DNA of 64,000 nucleotides from the NCBI GenBank assembly GCA_002104945.1, contig MCFH01000071.1, forward strand, positions 62,001 to 126,000. The letters are read 5' to 3'. Under the pieces are notes generated by a model that was given only the letters and a program-made list of their open reading frames with translations, had not been told where the DNA came from and ran no database searches. The position numbers were made by a program, and so were the translations under genes. Positions 12,120 through 25,356 of this stretch are shown one piece after another. This DNA comes from Piromyces finnis finn (Eukaryota > Fungi > Neocallimastigomycota). Each line of letters opens with the position of its first letter. Position 1 is the stretch's first letter.

Positions 12120-13662
12120 ATGACTCAACCAACACCTAAACCAGTTCAACAATTTCTAAAGCCTCAAGATTTAGAAGAATTTAAGAAAAATCTTTGTGGT
12201 GAATTAGATAAGTACATTACTCAACAATTGGACAAAAATACCACCTCCTTATTAGAACGTATGGATGTCATGTTAAAGGAACTCAAGAGCCGTGCTACTT
12301 ATATTGAAACTGAAGAATCTTCTACTAATTATGACGAAGATCATGATGTTATAATGCGCAATAGAACTTATCCTATAAAACAAGTACCCGATCCAGGATT
12401 CTTTACTGGTGATACTACTCAGACTGAATTATTCTGCGAACTCTGCCAAGCTACCTTTAAAACTCCACCTAACAACCAGCTCTCTGGAGAAGTAAAAATT
12501 AACTTTGTTGTTGTTAGATTACGTGATTCTGCCAGAACTTGGTACCATATTAAATACAAAGATGGAATTGCTCCTATGACTATGAACGAACTATTAAGTG
12601 AGTTAAACCAAGCCTTTTCAAATGTTACGAGTACTAAATTAGCCATGATTCAATTAATAGAAATAAGACAAGCTTATGGAAAAGTGAATGATTATATTAA
12701 CAAATTTAGAGATTTAAGTCGTTACTTAGAAATAGATGACACTAGTCTTTCACTAATATTTTTAAATGGTTTACATCCAAAATATAAGAATGAAATTAAG
12801 AAAGCTGATATTTTACCAAACACTTTAAGTGAAATGGTTACAAAGTGCATAATTTTTGAAAATTCTCTTGCAACCAATAACAAATTAAATATCAATAATA
12901 ATAATAATAATAAAAATAATAATAAATATCAACATTACAACAAGAGAAACAATATGTAAAGTCGACACAAAAGAATAGATTAGGATATCTATTCTATTAC
13001 AATAACACTAAAGATTTATATAAAATTGTTTTGTTAAAAAAATATCTTTTATTATAATAGAAATTATATTAATAACAATTACATCGATAAAATGATGAAA
13101 AATATCTTCTATTTATATTTTTCCTAAATACATTTATATTATATTATAACTATTTATTTCTTATATAATATTATTTAAAATCTACACTAAAATCTTAATT
13201 ATTAATAAATATTTAAACTATAACTATTTTTAGTAAAATACAATTGGCAATTCAAATTAAGTACTATTCAATTTGAATATGTGCCCATGTATTATTGATA
13301 TATTAAACATTTAATAATTATATACTAGATGTCTATTTCTATTACAAAACAATACTAAAACTAGGGGTTTGAATTGAGAATTTTAATTTATTTGTTAAAC
13401 ATTAAGAATAAACTAATAATTTATTTTGTTTTAAACTTTAATTATTAATAAATAAATTATGTCCCATTTTCTTTTTCTGTAATATAATTCGTGTAACTTA
13501 AACAATGATATTTATGGCTTAAGTTACATTAAAGATATCAATCTGTGGCGTTTGATATCTTTACACAATAGAAAATTCAATAAGAATAAAAACCAATATC
13601 AAAATTCAAACAACAATAATAATTATGTCAATAAAGTTCAAAAAATTAACCCAAAAAACTAG
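12120..13662 (+). pseudogene. Gypsy G gag, interrupted by solo LTR I1
   Basis: Retrotrans_gag-like ORF 12120-12959. Removing 616 bp (LTR + TSD) restores the frame through to the TAG at 13660-13662. Confidence 0.88.
12955..13565 (-). mobile_element. Solo LTR family I, copy 1, TSD CAATA
   Basis: Near-identical to the LTRs of element 3 (39567-40177); 5-bp TSD. Confidence 0.95.
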
Positions 13663-13697
13663 GAAATGAACTCTCAAGAGAGTCTAAGAGAGTTCAT
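13653..13697 (+). promoter_or_regulatory. -1 ribosomal frameshift signal (A AAA AAC, UAG, 10-bp hairpin)
   Basis: Heptamer 13653-13659, 6-nt spacer, then stem ATGAACTCTC/GAGAGTTCAT (13666-13697). The pol frame is -1 and open. Confidence 0.82.
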
Positions 13698-16487
13698 AAT
13701 ACAAAAATAATACATTACAACTTTCCTACATATGACTCTAAAATAAATATAAAATTGCCTACTACATTTTCCAATTTAAGATTTTTTATTCCAACTAAAT
13801 TAAACAAACTTTACGATTTAAAAGATTCAATTAATAAAAATCAATACAATTTAATTTTAGATAGTGGCTCATATTGCAATTTTATTTCAATCAACTTAGT
13901 CAATAAATTAAAATTAAAACCACACAAATTATTACATTCAATCGAAATAAATGGAATTAGTGATTCAACATTTATTGATACATATACTTTCTTATATTTT
14001 AAAACTACTATCTATATTAATCATTCAAAATTTTTAATTATTTTTAAAGAAAAATTTTTAATTATTAAAAATCTTCCAACAGATTTGTTATTAGGCAATA
14101 AATTTTTACACAAATATCAATTACATTTTAATTATAATAAAAATTTAGTATATTCAAGTTTAAATTTTAACAATTTTAAAAAATTAATTTCTGATAAATT
14201 TATATATAAAAGTAATAAAAACCAATGTTATAAATCCAAAAAATTAAAAATTAAAATCATTAATTATAATAAATTAAATTTCAATACATCTTTTAATAAT
14301 TCAAAAAATTATTCTAAACCAAAATATCAAAAATTCAGCTATAACTACTTTATTCACTCATTTTTAGCTAATAATGAAGAAGATTATAACACTGATGAAG
14401 AAGAAGATAACGAATAAGACTTCAAATTAGAAGAAGTACCAGAACCATATTGTGATTTAGCCGAAGTTTTCAGTAAGGTTAATGCTGATAAACTACCACC
14501 ACATAGGCTGACGGATTGTAAAATCGTTTTACAAAAAGATGCTTCTTTACATTATGGTCCTATATATCCTTTATCTGAAGATGAATCCCAAGTTCTTAAA
14601 GAGTATATAGATAAAAATCTCAAGAAAGGATTCATTAGACCATCTGAATTTCCAGCTGGTTATCCTGTTTTATTTCAGAAAAAGAAGGATGGATCGTTAC
14701 GTCTTTGTATAGACTAAAAATTAAATGTAGTTACAATTCGCAACTCTTATCCACTTCCTCTAATTACTGATATTATCGAAAGAGTGAAAGGTGCTAAATT
14801 CTTTTCAAAATTAGATCTTCGTTCTGCTTACAATTTAGTGCGTATTCGTGAAGGAGACGAATATAGGAAAGCTTTTAGAACTAAATATGGTCATTATGAA
14901 TATTTAATTATGCCTTTTGGTCTAAGAAATGCCCCTGCTACATTTCAATCATTTATTAATTCAGTATTATGCCCTTATTTAGAAAATTTTGTTATTTTAT
15001 ATTTAGATGATATTCTGATTTATTCGGATATATTAGATGAACATATACAACATGTTCGTACTGTTCTCCAAACATTACTCAAAAATAATTTATTTGCTAA
15101 ATTAAAGAAATGCGAATTTCACAAGTCAGAAGTTGAATTCCTAGGACACGTTATATCAGGTAATGATATATCGACTGATCCAAAGAAAATTAAATCTGTT
15201 CAAGAATGGCCTACACCTACTTGTGTAAGAGATATTTAACGCTTTGTTGGACTTATGCAACTATTATAGAAGATTTATAAAAGATTTTGCTACTATTGCA
15301 AAACCGCTTCACAATTTAACAAAGAAAAATACTAGTTTTAATTGGAACGATAAATGTAATAATTCATTTTTAGAATTAAAAAAGAGACTAATCTCTTCAC
15401 CTATTTTATTACATCCAGATCCAACTAAACCATTCATTGTCGAATGCGATGCTAGTAATTTTGCCATTGGTTGTATACTTTCTTAAAAGGATGAAAATAA
15501 TAAATTACATCCTGTAGCATATTATTCAAGATGTTTAAACAATGCTGAATTAAATTATTCAATTACTGAAAAGGAACTCTTAGCTATAAAATGTGCATTT
15601 TCTACCTGGAGACATTTATTACTAGGTGCAAAATACCAAGTAACCGTTTTTACTGACCATAAAAATCTCCTATATACTTTAGGTGGTAAAGTCGGAAACC
15701 AACGTCAACTTCGTTGGCATTTATTTTTCCAAGAATATAATTTTCAATTAATATACCGCCAAGGAAGAAAAAATGGTAAACCTGATAGTTTATCTAGAAG
15801 ACCTGACTATGAGAAAAATAATGTTGAGCCTAAGCCAGAACATATACTAGATTATAAAAACATTCCTGATACTCCATGTTTTGTTGGTATTGTTGGTTCT
15901 CTTATTAATCAAATAATAGAAAATTATAGGGACGATGAAAACGCAAATAATATTTATCTTTATTTTAGCCCTAATAATGTTAATCAAGGTTACTTTTATA
16001 GACCATTCAGAAGAATGGAAAAATTTAAGATAAAAAATAATTTAATTTTTTATAATAATTTAATTTATGTACCAGAAAAACTTCATATAGATATTTTAAC
16101 TAGATACCATGATAATGCTACTGTTAATCATTTAGGTATTCGAAGAACTGAAGAACTAATCACCCGTAATTTTTGGTGGCCTAAAATGCATCAATATATC
16201 ATAAACTTTGTCAATTCTTGTGAACAATGTTCCAGAAATAAAGTTAATAGACATAAAAGATATGATCTTTTAAGACCTTTAGAAATTCCTGACCGTCCTT
16301 GGAAATCTATTGAAATCGATTTTCTTTGTGGTCTCCCTGAATCTAAAAAGTTTTCCGTTATAATGGTTGTTAAAGATTGTTTTTCAAAAATGATTCACCT
16401 TATTCCTTTCAAAGAAATACCTACGGCTGAAGAAACTGCTAAAGCCTTCTTAAAAATATTTTTAAACTTCATGGATTACCGGTTATT
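13653..16487 (+). pseudogene. Gypsy G pol (PR-RT-RNaseH-partial IN), multiple stops and frameshifts
   Basis: LILDSGS, YLIMPFGLRNAPATFQ, LYLDDILIY, ECDASNFAIG, H-H-C-C zinc finger and WKSIEIDF. In-frame stops at ~14415, ~15237 and ~15484. Truncated at FKLHGLP. Confidence 0.93.
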
Positions 16488-17285
16488 ATGGTATTGTTAG
16501 ACATGATAGATCCATGTAAGCCTTCTAAGAGAGTTGAAAACAAAAGAAAAAACTTCAAAGAAAATGATGGTTTGAACATGGATAAAGGAAGATTGTTCCA
16601 AGAAGCTAAGAAGTGTGAAGAAAATAAGAAATTGGACTATACACCATGTTATAGAAAAAATTCAAGTTTCACTCAAAAGAAAGAAGCCTCAGGTTTAGGA
16701 AGCAATCCTATACCAAAAGTTTTAGTAGCTACGGAAATATCACCTTTATATAAGTATAATGATATTGGTGATACTAAATATTCAGAAGCTATTATATCTT
16801 CGCAAGACAAGTCTAAAGAAGTAAAAGTCTTATATGATACTGGAGCTACCACTAATATACTTCATCCTAAACTTGCAAAAGAGTTAGGACTTGAGTTAAT
16901 AGATATGCCCGCAGTATTTAGGACAGTTAATGGAAAGTCAGAATTAAGGTATCTTACCTATAATGTAAACTTGGAGTTAAAGTTAACACCTGAAAATAAG
17001 AAGGACTCAAAGACATACAAGCTTACTACGAATTTCTGTATTTCTAATGCTATTCCTGAAATGATAACCTTGGGTGTCAACTTTATGGATAAAAACCGTA
17101 TCTACAGAGGTTTTGGAGCTACTGGTAATGCTAAAATATTTATTGTAGGTAAATCTGAGGAAATAGTTAATGATGGTAACTACTTAGATAATGATATCTA
17201 CTATACTGAAAAGTTGAATTCAACAAATGGTATGTGTTTATCAAAATCTAAAATCAGCATGTCTAATAAATTCTACAGTAGTTGA
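16488..17285 (+). mobile_element. Gag C-terminus/aspartic protease ORF of a different retroelement, with no downstream pol
   Basis: VKVLYDTGATTNIL protease motif; PPT and LTR follow ~125 bp after the stop. Confidence 0.75.
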
Positions 17286-17410
17286 TGGTATACTTATAAA
17301 TCCAATGGAAAAAATTACCAATTATACTCACAGGATTAAAGAAAATAATAGCCAGTATTCCTTTAAAAATTTATGGATAGTGTTGAATATCTTAGGTAAG
17401 ATTTCTCCTT

Positions 17411-17950
17411 AGGGGAGCAATGTAAAGAATTAATGTTATTAAATGTTATAATAACATAAATTCTTATATGAATCCAAAAATTTATGTTTAATTTATCATA
17501 TAATATGATATTTAATATGTATTATTATAGTAAATAATATTATTAATTATTAACCAACAATAGTTAATATAAATTAATAATATAAAAAGAAACATATAAA
17601 CAAACGCTAATACTTTAGCGTTAGTATTAAAGTAAAATAATATAATAAATAATTAATAATAAAGAATAATTATATTTAAAATAGTTAAAGATACTTTATT
17701 GAATAATAATTTTATAAAAATATAACCCTTTCTTTAAATAAATGATATTCTCTTTATTATATAATAAATTCTGAATAAAAACACCTTAATAGAGATAATA
17801 ATAAAATATTAAATAAAATAAAACGACTTAATCCAAAAATGTATTAATAATAAAATAATAATAATAAATAAAAATGAATAAATAAACTAAAAATAAAATG
17901 GTATATATAAAATTATTAATTCTAGTGTTTTATCCAAGTGTTCTTTAGAA
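17411..17950 (+). mobile_element. PPT (AGGGGAGCAA) and 3' LTR starting at 17421; right end uncertain
   Basis: Purine tract immediately followed by TGTAAAG; shares TACTTTAGCGTTAGTATTAAAGTAAA with family A. Confidence 0.6.
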
Positions 17951-18444
17951 ATTCTTTTAAACTTATAAATTAATAATAAATAATTGAGTAATTATTACTA
18001 AAAGTGATAAACTTAAAACCTGGAAATAGAACAATAATAACAATTCTAAAGATAAAATACAGAACTCTTTTATGTTTCTGTATAAAGAGACATAATTTTA
18101 ATTTATTCTTTTAATTTTAATAAATAATAACAATAGTAATAATAATATTTAATGGTAAAAAATAATAATACATGTAATAAATGAAAATGTATAAAAGGAA
18201 GATAAAATTCTTCTTCATAAAAATCAGACAATAAATAGAGAATAAAGAAGAAGACAATAAATAGATAATAAATAAATATAAAGTATAATAAAGAGTTTAT
18301 TTTCGAGTTTTGAGTGATTTATTTGTTAATTATATAACATATTTTATTTTATTTTAAATTTATTGTTTCATAATAAATACTAGAATTTATTATTTATTAA
18401 AAATACTATATTATTAAAAAATATATTGGTCAACGCATCATTTT

Positions 18445-18622
18445 TGATTCATGATGCATAGAAAAATATAATATTTTAAATATTTTATGAATAATATCTA
18501 ATCATTTAATAAATTGTATATTAATTACTAATGATAATAATAATTAAACTATATTAGTATAAATTATTATGACGCAAATGTTACACATACATTAAAATAA
18601 TTAGTTTCACAAGAAAGGCCAC
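18445..18622. mobile_element. Truncated family E LTR
   Basis: Matches 9642-9812. Confidence 0.75.
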
Positions 18623-20040
18623 AAATTATTAAGGAGAATCCAATTACTGAAAATAATCCGGAAAACCATAACATAAACAATAAGAACGTATACAATAATA
18701 TCAGCATGCAAAATAATGATGATGAAACAAATTTAAAAGATGAAAGGAAAGAGTCTAATATTAATAATTCCAAAAAACAACCTTACGATTTTCCACTTTG
18801 CAATGATAATAAAAGACTCGTCTTAAATTTAGAAGACTACATGCATACATTTGTATCAGATAAAGTTTCAAACAAGCCACTACATATTCTAATAAATCAC
18901 ACTGGATCAAAGCAATAAATGATGGATTAAGCAATTTATATTGTAATTAAATTATAACTTTTGTTCCAGAAGTTCCTAAAGAGAGAAAATTACTCTCTAT
19001 AAAATGGGTTTTCACCATCAAAAAGGATGAAAACATCAATAGCACAAAATATATAGCCAGACTCGTAGTCAGAGGTTTCACCCAAGTTTATGGAACCAAT
19101 TTCGATTTAACTTATTCATCAACTTTAAACTCTGATAGCCTAAATTTTGTTATTTCTACTGATGCAAAATTTAAATGGGAAATTTACCAATTGGATATCA
19201 AAGCTGCTTATCTTAATGAAAACCTTGATAAATCTACGCCACAATACCTCAAGGTGATAAAAATTATTGCAAAAGGATATTGACTACTTAATTAGACTTT
19301 GTATAATCTTTATCAATCTGGAAGACAATGATATCTCACCATTTCAAAATTCCTCATTAATCTAGATTTCTATCAATATATTTAAATAACCCAACAATAA
19401 TATTACAAATTGCATTCTAGGTATTTCGTTGACGATGTGATCATTTGTGGCGGCATTAATGTTATAAAATCATAAAAATTAAAAGCAAATTTAAAATTTC
19501 AAACTCTGGGAAAATTCACTACTTATTAGACATTACTATTGAAAAGATTAACCACTCCTATTATGTTTCACAAAGAAATTCTATCGAGAGTCTTTTACAA
19601 AATTTTAGTATTATTAATGTTAGAATAATTTAGAATAATTTATAAAATAGTATAAATAAATATACTTGATATAAAGTATGTAACGCCACAAATTAAGTTA
19701 TAAAAATAAAAATGTAAAATATAAAGTCTTGTAATTACCTTTAATAAAATTTTATTTACTAAATAAAGCTATATCAAAACCTAAACTCAACAATTAACAT
19801 CAAATTTAATAGCAAATGCACTACACCAAGCTGTCTCTACAAGCCACAAATACGTGAAGAAAAATCAACGCCACAACATAAGTGCATTAGGTTCTCTTAT
19901 ATCTTACAAAATGCACCAGACCTGACATTTTTTTTGCCGTACATAAAGCTGCTCGATTTTGTGATCCACTGTTTCAGATTTGCACTGTACTTATTTTAAA
20001 ATACTTAACACCATCAATTATAAACTGAAATATGATAGGT
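18623..20040 (+). pseudogene. Degenerate Ty1/Copia pol fragment (RVT_2-type RT)
   Basis: 18964-19280 translates to KWVFTIKK...KYIARLVVRGFTQVYGTNFDLTYS...IYQLDIKAAYLNENL. It is fragmented downstream, and the outer limits are approximate. Confidence 0.88.
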
Positions 20041-20484
20041 TTATTACAGCCTATGGTTCGGATCTCAATTTCATTCATTCAGTATTTGCATAACAATAAA
20101 GTATAAATTCAAAACATATTTTATACTTATGATGAATAGAACAATTTTTAACACATAAATAAAAAACTAAACATTAAATTTTTATTTTTAACATTTTAAA
20201 ACTCTTAAAAAAATGTTAAACTAATAGTTAATTAAAATAATAAAAAATACCAGATACCATTGTTAGACCAGTAGCTTCACAAAGACGACTCTTTTCAATA
20301 ATGTGTAGGATAAGGGAAAAGATGGTTTGATAGCCATTCTTTCAGTATTCTGGTTACTTTGTGGGAATAATTGAGAGCTTACGACCCTTTGAATTGCGAC
20401 ATTTCTTTTTTTTGCTTATTTAGAAATTGTATTTGAATATGCATTTTTGATTGATCTTTTGTAACTATGTTGATTTATATTTTG

Positions 20485-21770
20485 TGTAAAAGTTTTATCT
20501 ATAAAACAGATTGAAATTTTACAATAAAAAAAATAAAATAAAAAAAAATAAAAAAATAAAAAAAATAAAAAAAATAAAAAAAATAAAAAAAATAAAAAAA
20601 ATAAAATATATTTTTTAAATTCTTAATTTATTTAGTTAATAACTAAATTATGGTCAGTAACAATTAGGTTGTTTTAATAAAAATTACATGTATTTTTTTT
20701 TACATATTAATATATTATTATGTAATATTAACACTAAAAAAGAATAGATTAGGATATCTATTATTACAATAACTCAAAATTAAAAAAAAAAAGAATTATG
20801 AAAATTGTTTTATTATGTGATTTTATTGTAATAGTAAAATTTAATAACAATTACATCGATCAAAAGTTGAAAAATATTTTCTATTTATATTTTTAAATAT
20901 ATTTTAATATATTTCGTTTATTCATTTATCATAATTATTTAAATCTATTCTAAAATCTTAATTACAAATAAATGCTTTTTCTATAGCTAATTTAAGAGGC
21001 GATAAATTACTAATTCAAATTAAATGATAAACAATTTGAATAAGTGCTATTTATTATCTATTTATTAGTATATTAATTTACATATTAATGTCAACATTTT
21101 TATTATTATTAAATTAGATTGGAAACTTTTTATTTGTCTAACACTAAAATTAAACTAAAAATTTATTTTGTTTTAAATCTTATTTTATTATTAATTTCTT
21201 GTCTTAATTTATTCTGTAAATAATTTATGTAATTTAGCTGCAATTAGTCGTGGCTTAAATTGTATCTAAAGATATCATACTGTGGCGTTTAATATTTTTT
21301 CATATTTTATATAACTATATACATATCCAATATAAATTAAACAAAACTATCAATACTAATTTTAAATAAACAATAAAATAATAAAACTAAACTAAAACTA
21401 ATTCATTATATTTTTAATTCAATTTGAGTAAACTCAAAATTGAATAAAGTTTAGACATTATCTATAAATTAATTTAATATTTCAATACTATTCTTAATAT
21501 ATTTACTATTAAAATATAAACAAATCTAATTTTAAGTTAAACTATTTTAAAATTAAATATATAGTATTTAAATAATTAAAATTCTTTTATTCCTTAGATT
21601 TAAATATTTATCTTAATTTAAACGGGATTATTATAAAATGATTTATTATTAAATTATTCCATAAAATTTATTCCATTTATAATTAATTTTACTAATTATT
21701 AATTTAACAATTAATACTTAATTATTAAATAATAAATATTTTTTATTATTTAATAATGTACGATATTTCA
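20485..21770 (-). mobile_element. H-related LTR (inverted), interrupted by an I-like LTR
   Basis: The reverse complement matches the ends of the H/H1 LTRs. The right boundary is approximate. Confidence 0.65.
20721..21302 (-). mobile_element. Diverged I-like solo LTR
   Basis: Shares AAAGAATAGATTAGGATATCTATT and GATATC...TGTGGCGTTT with family I; flanks TATTA/TATTT. Confidence 0.75.
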
Positions 21771-22504
21771 AATTATAGTGCTAAGCCACATATAGTAAAT
21801 TTTATATCACGTGATAAACGCCACCTTAAATTAATTAAGGAATGTTACTTGTGTATTTGGATAGCCGTTTCCATCTGCTTAGATTTGGCGTTGGTTTCTG
21901 TGATTTTACATTATTGTAGTAGATATGGTAGTGGTGGAGATTCATTTGGTAAGTTGTTTGAAAAGCTTTTTTAACTTTCCGTTTTCCTTTTTAACGTTAG
22001 AAATAGCCTTATCTGTGGTTAATAACATAGTTGCACCAGGGTTATTATAGCTATGGTGTTATCCCTTCCATATTCATTTTTTGATTCTTTAAATCAAAAA
22101 TGTATTTAGTTTAAATATAGGTTTATTATTTTATTATTTTTGTAACAAGAACTAGTGATAACCACTAGGTTGTTGTAGGAACTAATAATAAATAAAATAA
22201 ATAAATAAATAAAAACACAGAATTAAATAAATATTATTATTTTGGATTTTATATTATTTTATTTATTATTATTGAATGTTAATAATAGCTCAAAGAGCAT
22301 AAAATAAAAATAATACATGATTGGATTTTATAAATATAAAATTTATCTATTCTATAATTATTCACATAATTTAAATAGTTTATCTAACTATTCATTTAAA
22401 TAAAATATAAATTATAAAAAGTAAATAGTAGGATTCGAACCAGTGACATAATCCATACTAAACCAGAGAACATCGATCTATATTTATGGTTATAACTATA
22501 TTAT

Positions 22505-24010
22505 TGTAAGAAGTTACTTATAAATAAATCATAAATAACTTCTACAAATTTGTCACGAATACTAGTGAAATCTACAATTTCAAGTGATCTTGAAATTGTG
22601 AAATTACTTATAAAATTTCAAAATCAATAATATTTTATTTCCAAATAAATTATAAAATTATTAAGAAATATTTAAAAAATTTAGAAAAGGTTAAGATATG
22701 ACCTTAACCCTTAATAAATTTTATAACAAATAACTTTAACCCTTATCGTCAAAATTAAATTAGGAAAAACACGCGTATCTCCTTAACGAATGGCGATTTT
22801 TTGGAAATTATGGTTGGGAGATTGTGGGTTCGTTAGAAAGCCACACTCGAGATAAACAACATATCTTAAAATCAGGTCAATATCTTTGCTGGTTCACGAG
22901 ATATTCCCATTTAAAGATATTTTGTTAGTAATGATTTATTGTTTATTCAGAGAATGATCACCCCTAATGTATTGAACATAAATCATTTATCCAAAAGGAT
23001 ATAAATTATTGTTTTAATTAAATTAAAATTATTTTCCGGAATTAATTAACTTTATTTTATAATTATTATTTCAATAACATAACTTATAATTTTTGAATTA
23101 AAAGATTATAATTATTAATATTATATTCAATGAATTATATTAGAAGTAGATAATAATTAATATTATAAATATATAAACAATAGTTACTCTTAATAATTAG
23201 TAATAAATCTTAAGTTTAGTTTTAGTATTATAAAATATATTATGAATATAATCATGTATTAAAAGTTATCTTATTATTAAATGTAAAATTACAAATAGTA
23301 TAAATAGTTTAGAATAGTTTTATGAATTAAATCTTTGTAAAGATTATTATCTTATTAATACTTAACAAGTATTACTATTAAATAATCTTATTATTATATA
23401 TATTCTTTAAATAAAATAAAAAGAAATTATTTTAACTATAATACATAATTTAATTATTCATTTATAAAACAATTAAGATTATTTTAATAAAACATTTTTT
23501 CTTACCTAGTTATCTTTAATCTTTTATTTAATTTAATATTTTAATATTAAATTATAAATATAGTAAAACTTTTACAAAATTAATAATAATTAAATAATTA
23601 AATATTACTAATTTGAGAAAGAAAATAAAAACATTAATGTCGAGTTTATTATATAAAAATACTAATAAACAAAATATTAAATATTAACACTTAAATATAA
23701 AAACACACGTTAAATAAACACTATTTTTAAAATAATTAATACTTTATTTATTAATAAATTTATATAATAATAACTCTTGATTTCTCAAAAGAGAATCAAG
23801 ATTATTCTTTTATAGTAATTTAATTCATTATACATAGATTGGTTAAAATAATACAACTAAATTAATGTAATAAAACAATGTATTTAATCAATGTATTTAA
23901 TTAATGTATTTAATTAATGTATTAAACAATAAATAATAATAAATATTATAATAAATATTAATTAATAAGAAAATAGATAAATTATATAGAATTTATCTAT
24001 GTTTCTTACA
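22505..24010. mobile_element. Solo LTR family F, copy 2, containing G2
   Basis: Matches 9132-9638 on both sides of the insert; flanks ATTAT/ATTGT. Confidence 0.88.
22551..23576 (+). mobile_element. Solo LTR family G, copy 2, TSD AAATT
   Basis: Near-identical to 11034-12055; perfect 5-bp TSD. Confidence 0.95.
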
Positions 24011-24637
24011 ATTGTGTTAAGGAATGAACATAAATAGTTGAATTAGTTAGAATTTTAGGATTTAACCTTCAACTATTTATATTCCTTATTAGTGTTTAAC
24101 TCTATTTTTAAAATATAAAAATTATAATATATAATTTTTATACATTTTTCTAGTAATTATTAATATTTCTATTATATAGTTATATTATTTGTATATAGTT
24201 ATTTAAGGCCTTTAGTATTAGTATTAGTATAATTATAATATTTTATACTTATAAAATTTTACCAAAATTTATTGTTAAAATAGTTATAGGTATTTTATTA
24301 TTATTTAAGGTTTATTTTATTAATTAACTTTATTGTATAATATTTTATAATTTAAAATTATGACATAAAATTTAATTATAATTTTTACTAAAAGAGGCAA
24401 CTGTTACACACAAAACAGAAGATACTTCGACAGAAAAATTATTATTTATGTCTAAATAAGGGCATAATTAATTGAATAATATAATTTTAATATATGTTAT
24501 AAAAAAAATTTTTAAAATTTGAGAAATCAAAAATAAATTAAATGAATAAAAATTAAAATTAAAAATTTTTTATTTTTATAACTATTCAAGTGTATTGTGA
24601 TATCTTATTTGAATCGTGGCATAAATAATGTAAATAA

Positions 24638-24656
24638 TGGTGGAGATATCGGGGAT
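24638..24656 (+). promoter_or_regulatory. tRNA-Ala-complementary PBS-like sequence
   Basis: TGGTGGAGATATCGGGGAT. It follows a probable LTR starting TGTTAAG at 24015 and precedes a gag-like ORF. Confidence 0.65.
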
Positions 24657-25055
24657 AATAATAAAATATTGATATCATACTACATTTTTATAGTTACTTT
24701 TATATTTATTTTTGTATTATTATTTAATTAAAATAGTTAATAATTAAAGAAGAGTTATACTAGTATAATAAAAAGTTATATACTTCAAGGCACAATTAAA
24801 ATAGTTAATAGAGAGAAATTAATATTGTTAATTGGTGCAGTTAAGGAAGTATTGTAGATTGATATTACTAGTTTAACTAAAGAGAATAATTATTAGTGTT
24901 GTTAATTGAATATATTTCAAGTATTGTTGTAATTCATTTTTTTTTAAAATTCTTATAAAAGAAAATTATTTTTTTTTAAAAAAAAGAACTTGTTTCATTA
25001 TTTATTATTATTGTAAAATTGTATTTTTATTTTTATTTAAAACTTGTATATAAAA

Positions 25056-25356
25056 ATGAGTACTGGAGCAGATAAATCTGACTTTGCTAAATTAATGAAG
25101 AAATTAAACCATGTCACTAGATTAACTGAAGATAATTTGGACATTAAGACTTGGTATAGTCAATTAAAGTATTGGACTATGCTTCAAGATGTTAAAAGTC
25201 CAAAAATGGTGTTCCTAGCTTGTTTGTTTACTACTACAGGAACACCAAATGAACTTATTCAAGAGTTGAATCCTAATAAGGACTTTGAAAGTGATGAAGA
25301 CAGTGAAAATAGTGATGAAGAAAATGAAGGTAGGGGAAAGAAAAGATCTCACTACC
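25056..25356 (+). pseudogene. Gag-like N-terminal fragment, truncated by LTR H1
   Basis: ATG-started ORF downstream of a PBS and cut by the TG of an LTR at 25357. The similarity to element 1 gag is weak. Confidence 0.5.

Noticed and set aside
14415-15486. RIP-like silencing inferred from CAA-to-TAA stops in G pol
   Set aside because: Only two clear cases; the intact multi-copy elements nearby show no pervasive CpA-to-TpA damage.
21771-22140. Moderately GC-rich segment as a gene
   Set aside because: Only short stop-interrupted frames with no recognisable motif; probably a decayed TE interior.
22420-22480. Functional tRNA gene
   Set aside because: There is no anticodon arm and the T and acceptor stems do not pair; kept only as a B-box observation.
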